A stretch of 64,000 nucleotides of DNA from a virus. Shown here piece after piece: positions 10,517-19,907 of this stretch. The notes beneath the pieces were generated by a model. The model ran no database searches. It saw only the letters and a program-made list of their open reading frames with translations, and had not been told where the DNA came from. The position numbers were made by a program, and so were the translations under genes. Where the stretch lies: UHGV virus genome UHGV-0105148; one strand, written 5' to 3'. Each line of letters begins with the position of its first letter. The stretch's first letter is position 1.

Positions 10517-10969
10517 TTATTTTACGAGGACCTGGATTAATTCATCAGCTGCCGAAGCTGGGGTAATGGCAATAAAGTTAGTTGCTGTATTTGCTGCAGC
10601 ATTAGTATATTTTACATACTGGCTATCATTTGCTGGAGCACTTGGAGTTACATATCCAGCAGTAACTGCTGCCGTAGATATACCATATACAACTGCAAAA
10701 GCAGATACCATTACCGTTACTTCATCACCTGGATATGCAGGGAACTGACTGTTGGTAACAGCTATACCCAGGTATACAGTATTTGCAGCACCTACATAAG
10801 GACTGATAGTACCATCTGCATTTAACATTACAGGCTGACCCTGGATGATGGTATCACCAGCTTTGAATACAAAAGCCTGGTGAAGTTTGTGAGATTCACT
10901 TTTGTAAATAACCGTCTGAGGAGTAGGTACCCCTACTTTAGCCATCAGTTGTGGATTGTTCAATTTCAT
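10517..10969 (-). CDS. Capsid decoration/cement protein
   Basis: 150-aa Ala/Thr/Val-rich protein with GQPV..YLGIA motif, between scaffold and capsid genes. Confidence 0.65.
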   Translation of the reverse strand: MKLNNPQLMAKVGVPTPQTVIYKSESHKLHQAFVFKAGDTIIQGQPVMLNADGTISPYVGAANTVYLGIAVTNSQFPAYPGDEVTVMVSAFAVVYGISTAAVTAGYVTPSAPANDSQYVKYTNAAANTATNFIAITPASAADELIQVLVK

Positions 10970-10981
10970 AATAAATATTTG

Positions 10982-12445
10982 TTATTTGGTTTTGGCAATA
11001 TTTTTCATCACACTTACAATATTATACCCAGTATCTTTTCCTGCCTGACTACCCTCGGTATCAGTGTTAGCCATACTAGAAGCACGATTTACATTTTTAG
11101 AACCACAATCTGCACAGTGAAGAGGGAATTTTTCTTCTACCTGAGCATCATAGGTAGCTTTTAATGAAAGTAAAGTTTCTACGTTAGTAGTATCTGCTTC
11201 TAACAGAGATAAGATATTAGCATCTACCTTATCTTCATCTACTGTCTTTTTGTAAGAAGCAATGGTAGCTTCCCGCACATCTTTAAGATGAGCTTCTCCC
11301 AAGCTTACCATTTTTTCATTTAACTTAATGGTTTCTTTTAAAGAATCTACCTCTTCTTTCAGAGAGGTAACTTCTCCCTCTGCCTTGGTCTTTGCCTCAG
11401 ACAGACTCTGATTCTCAGATATAATATATTTAATCTGAGAAAGAGCAAGCTCAACAGTTGGAGTAGAACCTTCAGCTAAGCTGAGCATGTCCTGTCCGAA
11501 GAGTTGCTCAAGGAATTTTTCAACTTCGTTCATATTATTATTATTTTGTGGGTTTTGGTTCCCCTCATTAATAAATTTACTGGTATTGTGCATCGTATCA
11601 ACTTGATGAAGTCCCTTGAAATCATAGTATGAGATCTTAGTTTTCAAGGTATCTAAGTCCATTGGTTGAACATCAGCATAGGAATAGTACCTTGCACCAG
11701 CATAATCAGGATTATTTATCTTACCATTAGCTATTATCTGAGCAAATGGATCAGCTCCATGAGATACTAGAGAGGTTTCCCTATAAGCTATAATCTTCTT
11801 AGCTATTCTTCGTACTAAGCTACCATCATCTAACTTGGTATTAAATTTTTCTCTAAACTCAGCATCTGACATATTATGAGATTTCTCCCATTCAAACATT
11901 ACAGTTACTGAATTAGAATGGATAGATGGGGGGTCCATTAATATTCCTCTGGCAATCCTTGGGTTGGCTTTAGCATCAATCTTAAGAACTCCATTGATAC
12001 CACCTGGAATTACTACCCCATTATCAGCTTTATAGGAATCTTGCCAAGAAACTGATTTTACAGAACCTATAGCATTTCCTATTTCTGTTTCATGGTCACA
12101 GTTTACAGTCTGACCAACTAACAAGTTCATAGAAGCTTTTAATACTTCTTCTGGAAACTCGGTTGGGTTATAATCTTTAGCAACTATACAATTGGATAAC
12201 AAACGAAATACTGGTTCTATAAACTCACTATCCTTAGGATTTAAATCTTCTTTTGTTACATTGGGATAGTAAGTATTATAATCAGTATTAGCTCCAAACA
12301 ACCCATATTTTTCAGTGTCTACCTTAGTGGACTTAAAGTAATTTTCTGAAAATGATTGTAGTGGGATTGTTCCTGGTAAGTGGTTTGCCATTACACTGTG
12401 GCCACCACTTAAGATCATGGTGTCTGTAAATTTTAAATCTGGCAT
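10982..12445 (-). CDS. Prohead protease/scaffold protein
   Basis: CDHE and ETSLVSHGADPFA protease-like motifs, coiled coil, C-terminal CADCGS; lies between portal and capsid genes. Confidence 0.75.
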   Translation of the reverse strand: MPDLKFTDTMILSGGHSVMANHLPGTIPLQSFSENYFKSTKVDTEKYGLFGANTDYNTYYPNVTKEDLNPKDSEFIEPVFRLLSNCIVAKDYNPTEFPEEVLKASMNLLVGQTVNCDHETEIGNAIGSVKSVSWQDSYKADNGVVIPGGINGVLKIDAKANPRIARGILMDPPSIHSNSVTVMFEWEKSHNMSDAEFREKFNTKLDDGSLVRRIAKKIIAYRETSLVSHGADPFAQIIANGKINNPDYAGARYYSYADVQPMDLDTLKTKISYYDFKGLHQVDTMHNTSKFINEGNQNPQNNNNMNEVEKFLEQLFGQDMLSLAEGSTPTVELALSQIKYIISENQSLSEAKTKAEGEVTSLKEEVDSLKETIKLNEKMVSLGEAHLKDVREATIASYKKTVDEDKVDANILSLLEADTTNVETLLSLKATYDAQVEEKFPLHCADCGSKNVNRASSMANTDTEGSQAGKDTGYNIVSVMKNIAKTK

Positions 12446-12456
12446 AATATTATAGT

Positions 12457-13941
12457 TTATCTTGGTCTGGAATCTTGATCTGCTCTCTTTGGAACTGTTT
12501 TATTCTTATCTCTAGTTTTTCTATCAGAGGTATCTTTATCAGCCTCTCTCTTTTGTTTTTTGGCAGAATCTTGGGATGAAGAAACCCCCTCTGGTTCTTC
12601 CATTTGCCTTGGTTCTTTTTGATCTGGTTTTTCATAACCCATTGACCATGCAAATTCTTCTTGACTAATGATGCCCTGGTTATAAAGGCTTACAAGATTA
12701 CGAATCTTATATTCAATACCCTGTTGAACCTTGAGTTCATCAGATATGGTAGAAGTTCCAAATGTAACTACTACACCTTTATTATTATACCCCGCTAGAC
12801 GTAATTCTAGAGTGTATAAAAATTCCAAGGCATATTTCAATAGCATTTGAATATTTCTTAACTGGGATATCATTTTTGATAATAATATACCAGTTCCACC
12901 CTCTGTTAAGTTATTTTGAACCCCTATCAGAGAACCATTTACCCCTAAACCATTAGCAACAGATTGTTGATTCATTGCCCATGGTTTTTCTATATTACCT
13001 ATCTCTTTAGTAGTAGAATTTAGTTTAAACTCATGATCATCCTTGAAACCGACCACTATGTTGTCTTTAAGACCTTCTCTAAGGTTGATTTTAAGTTTAC
13101 GGAGGATATGTTCCAACCTTCTAGCATAAGCATCCCTGGATTCACTTGGATTCATTGTGGGTTTCTCCATTTTAGCTTCTAAGAAACCAACCATACCAAC
13201 TAATTCCATGATATGTTTGAAGTTTACTCTCATATCATGTTGACCTTTGAGAGAATCAAGAGCAGCCATAAATGGGGGTACTCCGTATGGTTCATCAGTA
13301 TCATTATACATACCCAGGTATTTGTAAGTCTCATTGTTCAATTTTATGAACTCTGGTTTCTTACTAAGTACCTGATTAGGATTTTTTTGATAGGGATGAT
13401 ATACCCCATCATTTAGTCTTCTGAAATATATCTGTTCTGGGTTAATGAATAATACAGTAGAGATACCATTCAAATTGTTATTTGGAACTGCTTCTATAGA
13501 AATAGCTCCACTGGTAAGACATTGTACAGTAAATTTATTTACCAAACCATCTATACCAGCTGTGTATTTAGTCCAAGACTTAGAAGCTAACATTAAATGT
13601 TCTCTCATCTTAGTAGCTTCTTCTGGAGTATTTTTAGGGAAAGATATAGTATGACCAGTGTTAGCTAACTTAAACATGTCCTGTAAAGCTATGCTAACAT
13701 CAGGATTGACTTTATATAAATCCCTAATCAATGGTATTACATCTCTACGAAAAGAGGATTCTACCAAATTAGTAAAATCCCGTAAAGATAAAACTAATCC
13801 ACTTCCTTGAGTATCTGGTTCCGATACTCTTCCAGGAGATATCGCTCCCACCTTAGGTGAGTCATCTCTTATCTCTGGAGCTTTTAGTGATTCTTTAGGT
13901 TTTCCCCTACTGAACCATGTTCTTGGGTCCAAGATTGACAT
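12457..13941 (-). CDS. Portal protein
   Basis: 494 aa directly after TerL; PYGVPP motif and helical C-terminus. Confidence 0.8.
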   Translation of the reverse strand: MSILDPRTWFSRGKPKESLKAPEIRDDSPKVGAISPGRVSEPDTQGSGLVLSLRDFTNLVESSFRRDVIPLIRDLYKVNPDVSIALQDMFKLANTGHTISFPKNTPEEATKMREHLMLASKSWTKYTAGIDGLVNKFTVQCLTSGAISIEAVPNNNLNGISTVLFINPEQIYFRRLNDGVYHPYQKNPNQVLSKKPEFIKLNNETYKYLGMYNDTDEPYGVPPFMAALDSLKGQHDMRVNFKHIMELVGMVGFLEAKMEKPTMNPSESRDAYARRLEHILRKLKINLREGLKDNIVVGFKDDHEFKLNSTTKEIGNIEKPWAMNQQSVANGLGVNGSLIGVQNNLTEGGTGILLSKMISQLRNIQMLLKYALEFLYTLELRLAGYNNKGVVVTFGTSTISDELKVQQGIEYKIRNLVSLYNQGIISQEEFAWSMGYEKPDQKEPRQMEEPEGVSSSQDSAKKQKREADKDTSDRKTRDKNKTVPKRADQDSRPR

Positions 13942-13960
13942 AATATAATGATTTTGTATG

Positions 13961-15463
13961 TTACAATGGAAGTATTACCGTGTTTCTATTAGTAGTCTTC
14001 CTGATATGGTTACATATAGCTTTTCCAAATATATCATCATCAGAATAAGCCTGACCTTCCAAATCTATATCTACTGCAGAATTATTCTGTCTATGTTTAC
14101 CCATTGCAACTGGTCTTCCCATACCATCATAGATGAATGTATAAGCTTCTTGTACAAAGAATGGATCCTTAATGATAACTTCATCTTCCCGGATATCCTT
14201 TTCAAGACCTTCAACTATAAGTGAACGGTTCTTTTGAGTAGTTAACCAACCTGGAATCTTTTCTTCTTCTGGTCTAGATTTACCCTTCTTCTTAAGAAGT
14301 TTAGTTGAGTAGTATAGGTTGGGATAACCCTCATCTTGTAGCTTAATAACTACTGCCATTCCAATATCATTGGATTCTGGAGCTATCTTAGCATAGTTGA
14401 ATTTCTCCCCAGTATCACCAAGGAGTTTAGCATACTTATCCAATGGTATCTTACCTTTGTAAACTACTGCTTCTTCCCCATCCTTTGACATACAAGTAAA
14501 TGATGAGTAGTCAGTACCACGACCAGTAGCACAGTCTGCACCAATGAAATAATCAGTGTTAGGATCTGGTTCATTAAATTCCCTGTATTGACCACCAAGC
14601 CTCATTTTGATTGGTGGGTATTCAGTGAGCATTTCTTCTATGCTTTTGATATCAGCTAGATCAAATACTGTATTACCTGATGATAAGAAGTCACCATCAA
14701 TCTCCTGGGCAGTTCTTTTGGGACCAAGAGCAGTTGCCATTTCATCATACCAGTTCTGATCTCTGTCTGGGTGCATTTGCCAGTATAACCGGATTGGGTT
14801 AAATGGGTTACTTCCAGAGATAGCATCCACCCAAGTACTATGGTAGAATCCACCAACACCAAAAGGAGTTGAGTTTACTATAGCAGAACCACCAGTTGAT
14901 AGAGTTGGAAAAGCTGCTGCCCAAATCTGAGCTGCCCAACGAACAATAGCAGCTTCATCAATTACAAGTAATGAAAGAGATTCTGAACGACCAGCTTGAT
15001 CAGAAGTAGGGATAGATTCTATGATTGACCCATTGGAAAACTCCATTGTGGATGCAGAACCATATTCTCCAGTTCTACCATTGATGATTGGAGTTTGAAG
15101 ATACCAGGGTAAGTTCTTATACATGAACTTAATCTTCTTTAGTACCTTCTTAGCAATGGTATCCTTGATGGAGATAATGTTTATCTTCTTGTTAGAATGA
15201 TACATTGCTAACCATAAACAGTACATGGAAATAAGTTCTGTAATACCTGCCTGACGAAACTTAAGAATTATATTGAACCTCTCTTTGATGAAGTTGTATA
15301 AAACAGATTTTTGGTAGGGATATAGATCAAATCTTACCCTACCAAGTACTGGGTTAATAACCCAAATGAAATGTGAAAAATAGAATAAATCCTTAGATAC
15401 CTTAGCTAGTATCTTTATTTCTTCAGAACTTAAATATTGTTGTTGAGTTGTTTTCTTAGCCAT
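13961..15463 (-). CDS. terL: Terminase large subunit
   Basis: LYPYQ, KFRQAGIT (Walker A-like), LLVIDEAA, NSTPFG, nuclease IGADCATGRGTDYS and DDDIF. Confidence 0.93.
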   Translation of the reverse strand: MAKKTTQQQYLSSEEIKILAKVSKDLFYFSHFIWVINPVLGRVRFDLYPYQKSVLYNFIKERFNIILKFRQAGITELISMYCLWLAMYHSNKKINIISIKDTIAKKVLKKIKFMYKNLPWYLQTPIINGRTGEYGSASTMEFSNGSIIESIPTSDQAGRSESLSLLVIDEAAIVRWAAQIWAAAFPTLSTGGSAIVNSTPFGVGGFYHSTWVDAISGSNPFNPIRLYWQMHPDRDQNWYDEMATALGPKRTAQEIDGDFLSSGNTVFDLADIKSIEEMLTEYPPIKMRLGGQYREFNEPDPNTDYFIGADCATGRGTDYSSFTCMSKDGEEAVVYKGKIPLDKYAKLLGDTGEKFNYAKIAPESNDIGMAVVIKLQDEGYPNLYYSTKLLKKKGKSRPEEEKIPGWLTTQKNRSLIVEGLEKDIREDEVIIKDPFFVQEAYTFIYDGMGRPVAMGKHRQNNSAVDIDLEGQAYSDDDIFGKAICNHIRKTTNRNTVILPL

Positions 15464-15464
15464 G

Positions 15465-16115
15465 TTAGAAAGTATAGTTTAACCTCAGGTATAAATCAGT
15501 CCCTATACCTTTCTTCAGGTTTGGGTAATAGAATGAATTGAATCCCAGTTCATAATTAAATTTACTGGTATTGTACTTCAACCCAAAATCCAGATCATAT
15601 AAGTTGTTGAAGGGTCTTACAGTAACTTGTGCTGTTGGAGAAAATCTTTTAAAGAAATTTTTTCTCTTGAAAGTAAGGTTATTGTTTACATAGTTGTATG
15701 AATAAATGTTTGGATTGATTGGATACTGCTTGTTGTATATGTTTCCCCTTGTATTGAGAAGATTCATATCCAACTTCTGGTTATCAAATACCATTGAAAT
15801 CAACTTATCATTAGTTGGATATTGAGTGAGAAACTGGGATGATATACTCAAAACTGATGAGTCCTTAAGATATATCTCCAATGTATCATGTTTCACTTCT
15901 ACCCTATCAACAAAAATTGAATCAACCTTATATTGAGTTATGTATTTTGGTACCTGGATATACTTATACTCTGTTTCTGGTTTCAAGTACTTATCCACGT
16001 AAACTGTATCTGGTGGGGAATCCAAGAATTTCACTTCTGATTTTGGATTCAGGAATTGATAAATACATAATATCCCAAGTCCAATGATCAGTATGTAAAG
16101 TATCCAATTCTTCAT
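15465..16115 (-). CDS. Membrane-anchored protein, possible spanin-like lysis protein
   Basis: N-terminal TM helix, PPDTVYVDK/HDT motifs, amphipathic C-terminal strands ending LNYTF. Confidence 0.5.
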   Translation of the reverse strand: MKNWILYILIIGLGILCIYQFLNPKSEVKFLDSPPDTVYVDKYLKPETEYKYIQVPKYITQYKVDSIFVDRVEVKHDTLEIYLKDSSVLSISSQFLTQYPTNDKLISMVFDNQKLDMNLLNTRGNIYNKQYPINPNIYSYNYVNNNLTFKRKNFFKRFSPTAQVTVRPFNNLYDLDFGLKYNTSKFNYELGFNSFYYPNLKKGIGTDLYLRLNYTF

Positions 16116-16167
16116 GTTTTTAGATTTTGAATGATTATAGTCTTTTGTATGACCTTTTGGGTGTTTT

Positions 16168-16430
16168 AAGGGGAAAGGGGGGATTATAGGGGGGTATGGG
16201 GATTAATCAGGCTATAAGCTAACAGCTATTACAGTCTTAATAGCCTCCTAATATCTGGCCTGATAAATATTGCTAACCAAATGTTATAAGCCTATACAGG
16301 CTAAGGAATATAGGAGGTTAAAAAGATAATTACATCTAAATGATTATACTACTACTTTTAAGTAGTAGTATAATTATCCTATAGCTATGCTATAGGATAA
16401 TTCCACACACGCACGTATACGCGTAAAGTA
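16168..16430. repeat. Palindrome-rich intergenic element A
   Basis: G-runs at 16170-16201; perfect inverted repeats at 16343-16374 (15-bp arms) and 16372-16402 (14-bp arms); ACGTATACGCGTAA at 16413-16426. Confidence 0.8.
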
Positions 16431-16431
16431 C

Positions 16432-17448
16432 TTAGAGTTTTAATTTTGCTTTTTTAGCTCTATGAATACATTTTTTAAACCATAATCCAACTTCATAAAC
16501 TGATCCCTTAGATAATGTATTTCTAGCTTTGTTCAACCAATAAGTTTTATTAGAATTATCAAAATAAAGATTGAAATTTCTAGGAAATCCCATAATTATT
16601 CTATATTCTTCAATTCCCATAGGTAATCCATTGGGATTAAACTGTCTATTTGAAGGTCTTAGAGTTAGTGGATAAGCATTTGGTCTATTTCTATATACTC
16701 CAGGTAAAGTTTTCATCTTAGTACCTTTCATAGGCCACTTAAATTCATCTTTAAATTCATTATTCCAAAGGTGTTTTACCTGTTTTACAGTCAAAGTTGA
16801 TCTAGATTTATCACTATAATGATACATAGCTAGCTTTTTATCACTATCTTCTCTGAAATTTAGCTCTTTTCTAATCATATTCCCTATATCTTTTACTAGA
16901 AATGGTTCAGAAACCTTAAAAATACTCTCAAAATAGTGATAATCTAGCTTAGAATCATGTCTTATACCTACTAAAATGAGTCTTTTTCTTGATTTTTGAG
17001 AATTTCCAAACTCAAATACTGAATGACAATGGGGTATTAAGTGATATTTTGATAATTTTTTCTCCCATTCTTCAAAAGGGATCAAATCCAAAAGCTTTGG
17101 AAGGTTCTCTAAAAGAAAAACTTGGGGTAAAAATTGCTCAATAGCATTCAAATAAAGATTTAAAGTTTTATCTTCACGAGGTTTACCTAATGTTTTCTTC
17201 CTTGAATAACTAAAATTACTAGAATGACCACAAGAAGGGGAACCAATTATAATATCTGGTTTCACCCCTTTGTATTCTTCAATACTTTTTAGAAATGGAA
17301 TTTCACCAAAATTAAGTTTCCATTGTTCTTCATTCTTGGTATGAAATACTGCTCTTGGTTCAATATTACCAATTAATGATCTTCTAAATGGGAATAACAG
17401 AGCACCTTGTGCTGCACACACCCCTAAAACTAATAATTTATTTGCCAT
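16432..17448 (-). CDS. C5-cytosine DNA methyltransferase family protein (divergent)
   Basis: PDIIIGSPSC (motif IV), FLLENLP (VI), QKSRKRLILVG (VIII), RIIMGFP (IX). Confidence 0.8.
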   Translation of the reverse strand: MANKLLVLGVCAAQGALLFPFRRSLIGNIEPRAVFHTKNEEQWKLNFGEIPFLKSIEEYKGVKPDIIIGSPSCGHSSNFSYSRKKTLGKPREDKTLNLYLNAIEQFLPQVFLLENLPKLLDLIPFEEWEKKLSKYHLIPHCHSVFEFGNSQKSRKRLILVGIRHDSKLDYHYFESIFKVSEPFLVKDIGNMIRKELNFREDSDKKLAMYHYSDKSRSTLTVKQVKHLWNNEFKDEFKWPMKGTKMKTLPGVYRNRPNAYPLTLRPSNRQFNPNGLPMGIEEYRIIMGFPRNFNLYFDNSNKTYWLNKARNTLSKGSVYEVGLWFKKCIHRAKKAKLKL

Positions 17449-17536
17449 AATGGTTAAGAAATTTATAATTAGACAAACTGGTATTGCAAAGCACTCTTTA
17501 ACTATGCAAAATATTAATTAAACTCTAGAAAAGTAT

Positions 17537-17851
17537 ATGAAATTAAACATTGGAGACTCAGTATTGGTAACTGGACCAGCACATTTTGAAAAAGCAGAAG
17601 TAATTGAAAGAAGCAAAGGGATTTACACTTTAAATAATCAAATGAAAATCACCAAGGATTTGAATATCATTGGCAATAGCAGATTTAAAGTTACTCCTTT
17701 CAATGATGAGGAATATAATTATCTTCTTGCCGTAAATCAAATCCCAAGACAATTATCAATTATAAAGGAAAAGATGGATCAAGGGTTAGCAAAGGAATCA
17801 ATCCTAAAAATTCATCAAAAATTAAAAAACATTATAACTAAATACACTTAA
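17537..17851 (+). CDS. Hypothetical protein
   Basis: First gene of a tightly packed plus-strand run. Confidence 0.65.
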   Translation: MKLNIGDSVLVTGPAHFEKAEVIERSKGIYTLNNQMKITKDLNIIGNSRFKVTPFNDEEYNYLLAVNQIPRQLSIIKEKMDQGLAKESILKIHQKLKNIITKYT

Positions 17852-17853
17852 TC

Positions 17854-18054
17854 ATGTTTAGTTTTTGGAGTCAATTAAAAGCACTAGTTGCTACTAAGTA
17901 TTTTCAAGTAATAGGTGATCAATGGATTAATATATTATCCTATCACAAAGCTCTCAAAAATGAGTTTGGAAAACTATATGAAGATGCTTTAAGTAAACTC
18001 CTATTCAGAGCAATCATTTGTTGTATTATCATAACACTTCTATCATCAATATGA
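17854..18054 (+). CDS. Hypothetical protein
   Basis: Packed ORF with hydrophobic C-terminus. Confidence 0.5.
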   Translation: MFSFWSQLKALVATKYFQVIGDQWINILSYHKALKNEFGKLYEDALSKLLFRAIICCIIITLLSSI

Positions 18055-18248
18055 TCACTTTTCTAATTTCTATATATATTATCGGACTAATCTTAACTTT
18101 CTTAATAGATATAACTCTAATCCATAATAATCCAATATTTGAATCAGAGAGAAAATGGTTAATCATATTTTGTATTTGGTTATCTTCTCCTATCTGGATG
18201 TTGGGATTATTAGGGACATTATTAAAATCAATCCTTAAGAAGAGATGA
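18051..18248 (+). CDS. Small membrane protein
   Basis: Two hydrophobic segments; ATGA overlap suggests a start at 18051. Confidence 0.6.
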   Translation: MITFLISIYIIGLILTFLIDITLIHNNPIFESERKWLIIFCIWLSSPIWMLGLLGTLLKSILKKR

Positions 18249-18442
18249 ACTACTTAGCTAAGATTTTAATTGCCTGGATGGCTGGATTTGTAATATTCGG
18301 ATTAGTGGTGGTATCGATAGGGTTACTTGTAGGATCAGTGATTGATGCCATTACTTTCTTCTCCTTATTTTATCTCATAGCAACTATTATAGCTTTAGCA
18401 GGACTATTACTACGGTATCTCTTAAAATGGTTGATTGATTAA
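18245..18442 (+). CDS. Small membrane protein
   Basis: Two TM segments, ATGA overlap. Confidence 0.6.
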   Translation: MNYLAKILIAWMAGFVIFGLVVVSIGLLVGSVIDAITFFSLFYLIATIIALAGLLLRYLLKWLID

Positions 18443-18448
18443 TATTAA

Positions 18449-18694
18449 ATGACCATGAGTAATTCTATAATGTTAGTCTATAAATTGATGGAATATATTA
18501 AATTCCAGACTAACCTATCTAAGGATTATTCTTTAGAGAATATGAACAACCTATTGAAACAATTTTGTGAAATCCACAATGTTACTTGTAAGCAATCATT
18601 AATCATCAAGTATCATAAGGGAGTCACTAAATATCTCTCTACCAACGATGGAAAACCTTTAACCCTTTATAAAAATAATATCATTATACCATGA
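18449..18694 (+). CDS. Hypothetical protein
   Basis: Packed ORF. Confidence 0.55.
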   Translation: MTMSNSIMLVYKLMEYIKFQTNLSKDYSLENMNNLLKQFCEIHNVTCKQSLIIKYHKGVTKYLSTNDGKPLTLYKNNIIIP

Positions 18695-18954
18695 CAATAG
18701 AAGAGTTTGCAGACAAGCTATGGGTAACTTTTGTATTACCCAAGATTAATGATTTTTTAGAGGCTAACCCAAATCCCTCTAAAACCAAAATTAAGAACTT
18801 CATTAACAAATTAGATCAAGAAGTTGATACCTTTTGTAGAGTAAATGGATTCAAAAAAGAATTCACTTTTGAAGGTAAATGGGAGAATGGGGTATTCTCT
18901 GTATCCCCTACTCATTTGGGATATAAAAATAAAATAAGCTTTCTAGAGGAGTAA
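18691..18954 (+). CDS. Hypothetical protein
   Basis: ATGA overlap, followed by a terminator. Confidence 0.65.
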   Translation: MTIEEFADKLWVTFVLPKINDFLEANPNPSKTKIKNFINKLDQEVDTFCRVNGFKKEFTFEGKWENGVFSVSPTHLGYKNKISFLEE

Positions 18955-18987
18955 GTTTAATAAACTAATGAATTCCTAATCTTATAT

Positions 18988-19019
18988 AGGGCTATCTTTC
19001 TAGAGGTAGCCCTTTTCTT
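18988..19019 (+). terminator. Intrinsic terminator
   Basis: AGGGCTATCT/AGGTAGCCCT stem followed by TTTCTT. Confidence 0.75.
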
Positions 19020-19137
19020 GTGTTATATTTATTTTGATTTGATAGATAGGGATAGATTTTTTATTGTGTGTTGGGAAGGCCCATTACTATAGAGCTAAAA
19101 CTTGAGTTATTGAAAAGGGCACACGGTGTCCCTAAAT

Positions 19138-19166
19138 AAAAAAATCCCCTATTAAAAAATAGGGGA
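19138..19166 (-). terminator. Intrinsic terminator
   Basis: TCCCCTATT/AATAGGGGA perfect stem plus T-run on the minus strand. Confidence 0.75.
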
Positions 19167-19176
19167 CAATTTTTTT

Positions 19177-19437
19177 TCATGCTTCAATTTGAACAAATAC
19201 CAAATCATTTTTTATTTCTGATTTAACTATTAATCCGTCATCATTTAAATCATCAATAAAATTTTTAATCGATTCTTTTTGATTTGGATTTTTATTTTTT
19301 AGAACTAAAAAATGATAACTGTTATTTTCGTTCATTCTGAAATTATATCGGATTAGTTCAATATCCAATTTTTTTTCTTTTGCATTATCAGATATATATT
19401 CCAAATATTCCGATAAACTTTTAATATTATTTTCCAT
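19177..19437 (-). CDS. Hypothetical protein
   Basis: 86 aa, in a two-gene unit with promoter and terminator. Confidence 0.65.
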   Translation of the reverse strand: MENNIKSLSEYLEYISDNAKEKKLDIELIRYNFRMNENNSYHFLVLKNKNPNQKESIKNFIDDLNDDGLIVKSEIKNDLVFVQIEA

Positions 19438-19445
19438 AATTATAA

Positions 19446-19778
19446 TTATTTATTCATTACGGAAATAAAACGTTTTACAAGTTCTTTATTATCTTGTGTA
19501 GAATTATTATCTACAATTTCGTTTACATTATTGTAAACTTCTTTTGCATATTCTTTCCACACTTTTTGGAGTTCTTTTATTTTTGTAGGATTTTTTTCTA
19601 CCTGTAAAAAAGTTCCTAAAAAGTTTTGTAATTTTCTACGTAATTTAATACGTAAAGATTTTTTTTCTTTGTCTGTTTTGCAATCCTCAAAAAGAGAATT
19701 TTTATAAATACTTTTACGATTTTTAGAATTAGAAATTAAAATTTCTTTTCCAAAATTCAAAACTTCGTTTGCTTTCAT
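19446..19778 (-). CDS. Hypothetical basic protein
   Basis: 110 aa, Lys-rich, downstream of a consensus promoter. Confidence 0.7.
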   Translation of the reverse strand: MKANEVLNFGKEILISNSKNRKSIYKNSLFEDCKTDKEKKSLRIKLRRKLQNFLGTFLQVEKNPTKIKELQKVWKEYAKEVYNNVNEIVDNNSTQDNKELVKRFISVMNK

Positions 19779-19875
19779 AATTTTATACCTAAAATTTTTT
19801 AAGATTATTTTTAGAAATATTAAGTAGAAATTTTAGGATTTTTTTGAACTACTTTTTATTTCCTTTTCTGTACTA

Positions 19876-19907
19876 CAAAGATAAAAACAAAAAAAGTTTT
19901 TTCCAAA
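19876..19907 (-). promoter_or_regulatory. Bacteroidota housekeeping-sigma promoter
   Basis: TTTG-N20-TATCTTTG on the minus strand. Confidence 0.75.

Noticed and set aside
12450..12653. Alternative-frame ORFs inside portal, TerL (14656) and fibre (5344)
   Set aside because: Nested in other frames of conserved genes, with no motif or lipobox support.
17479..17492. Sigma54 promoter TGGTATTGCAAAGC
   Set aside because: GG-to-GC spacing is 9 nt rather than the required 10.
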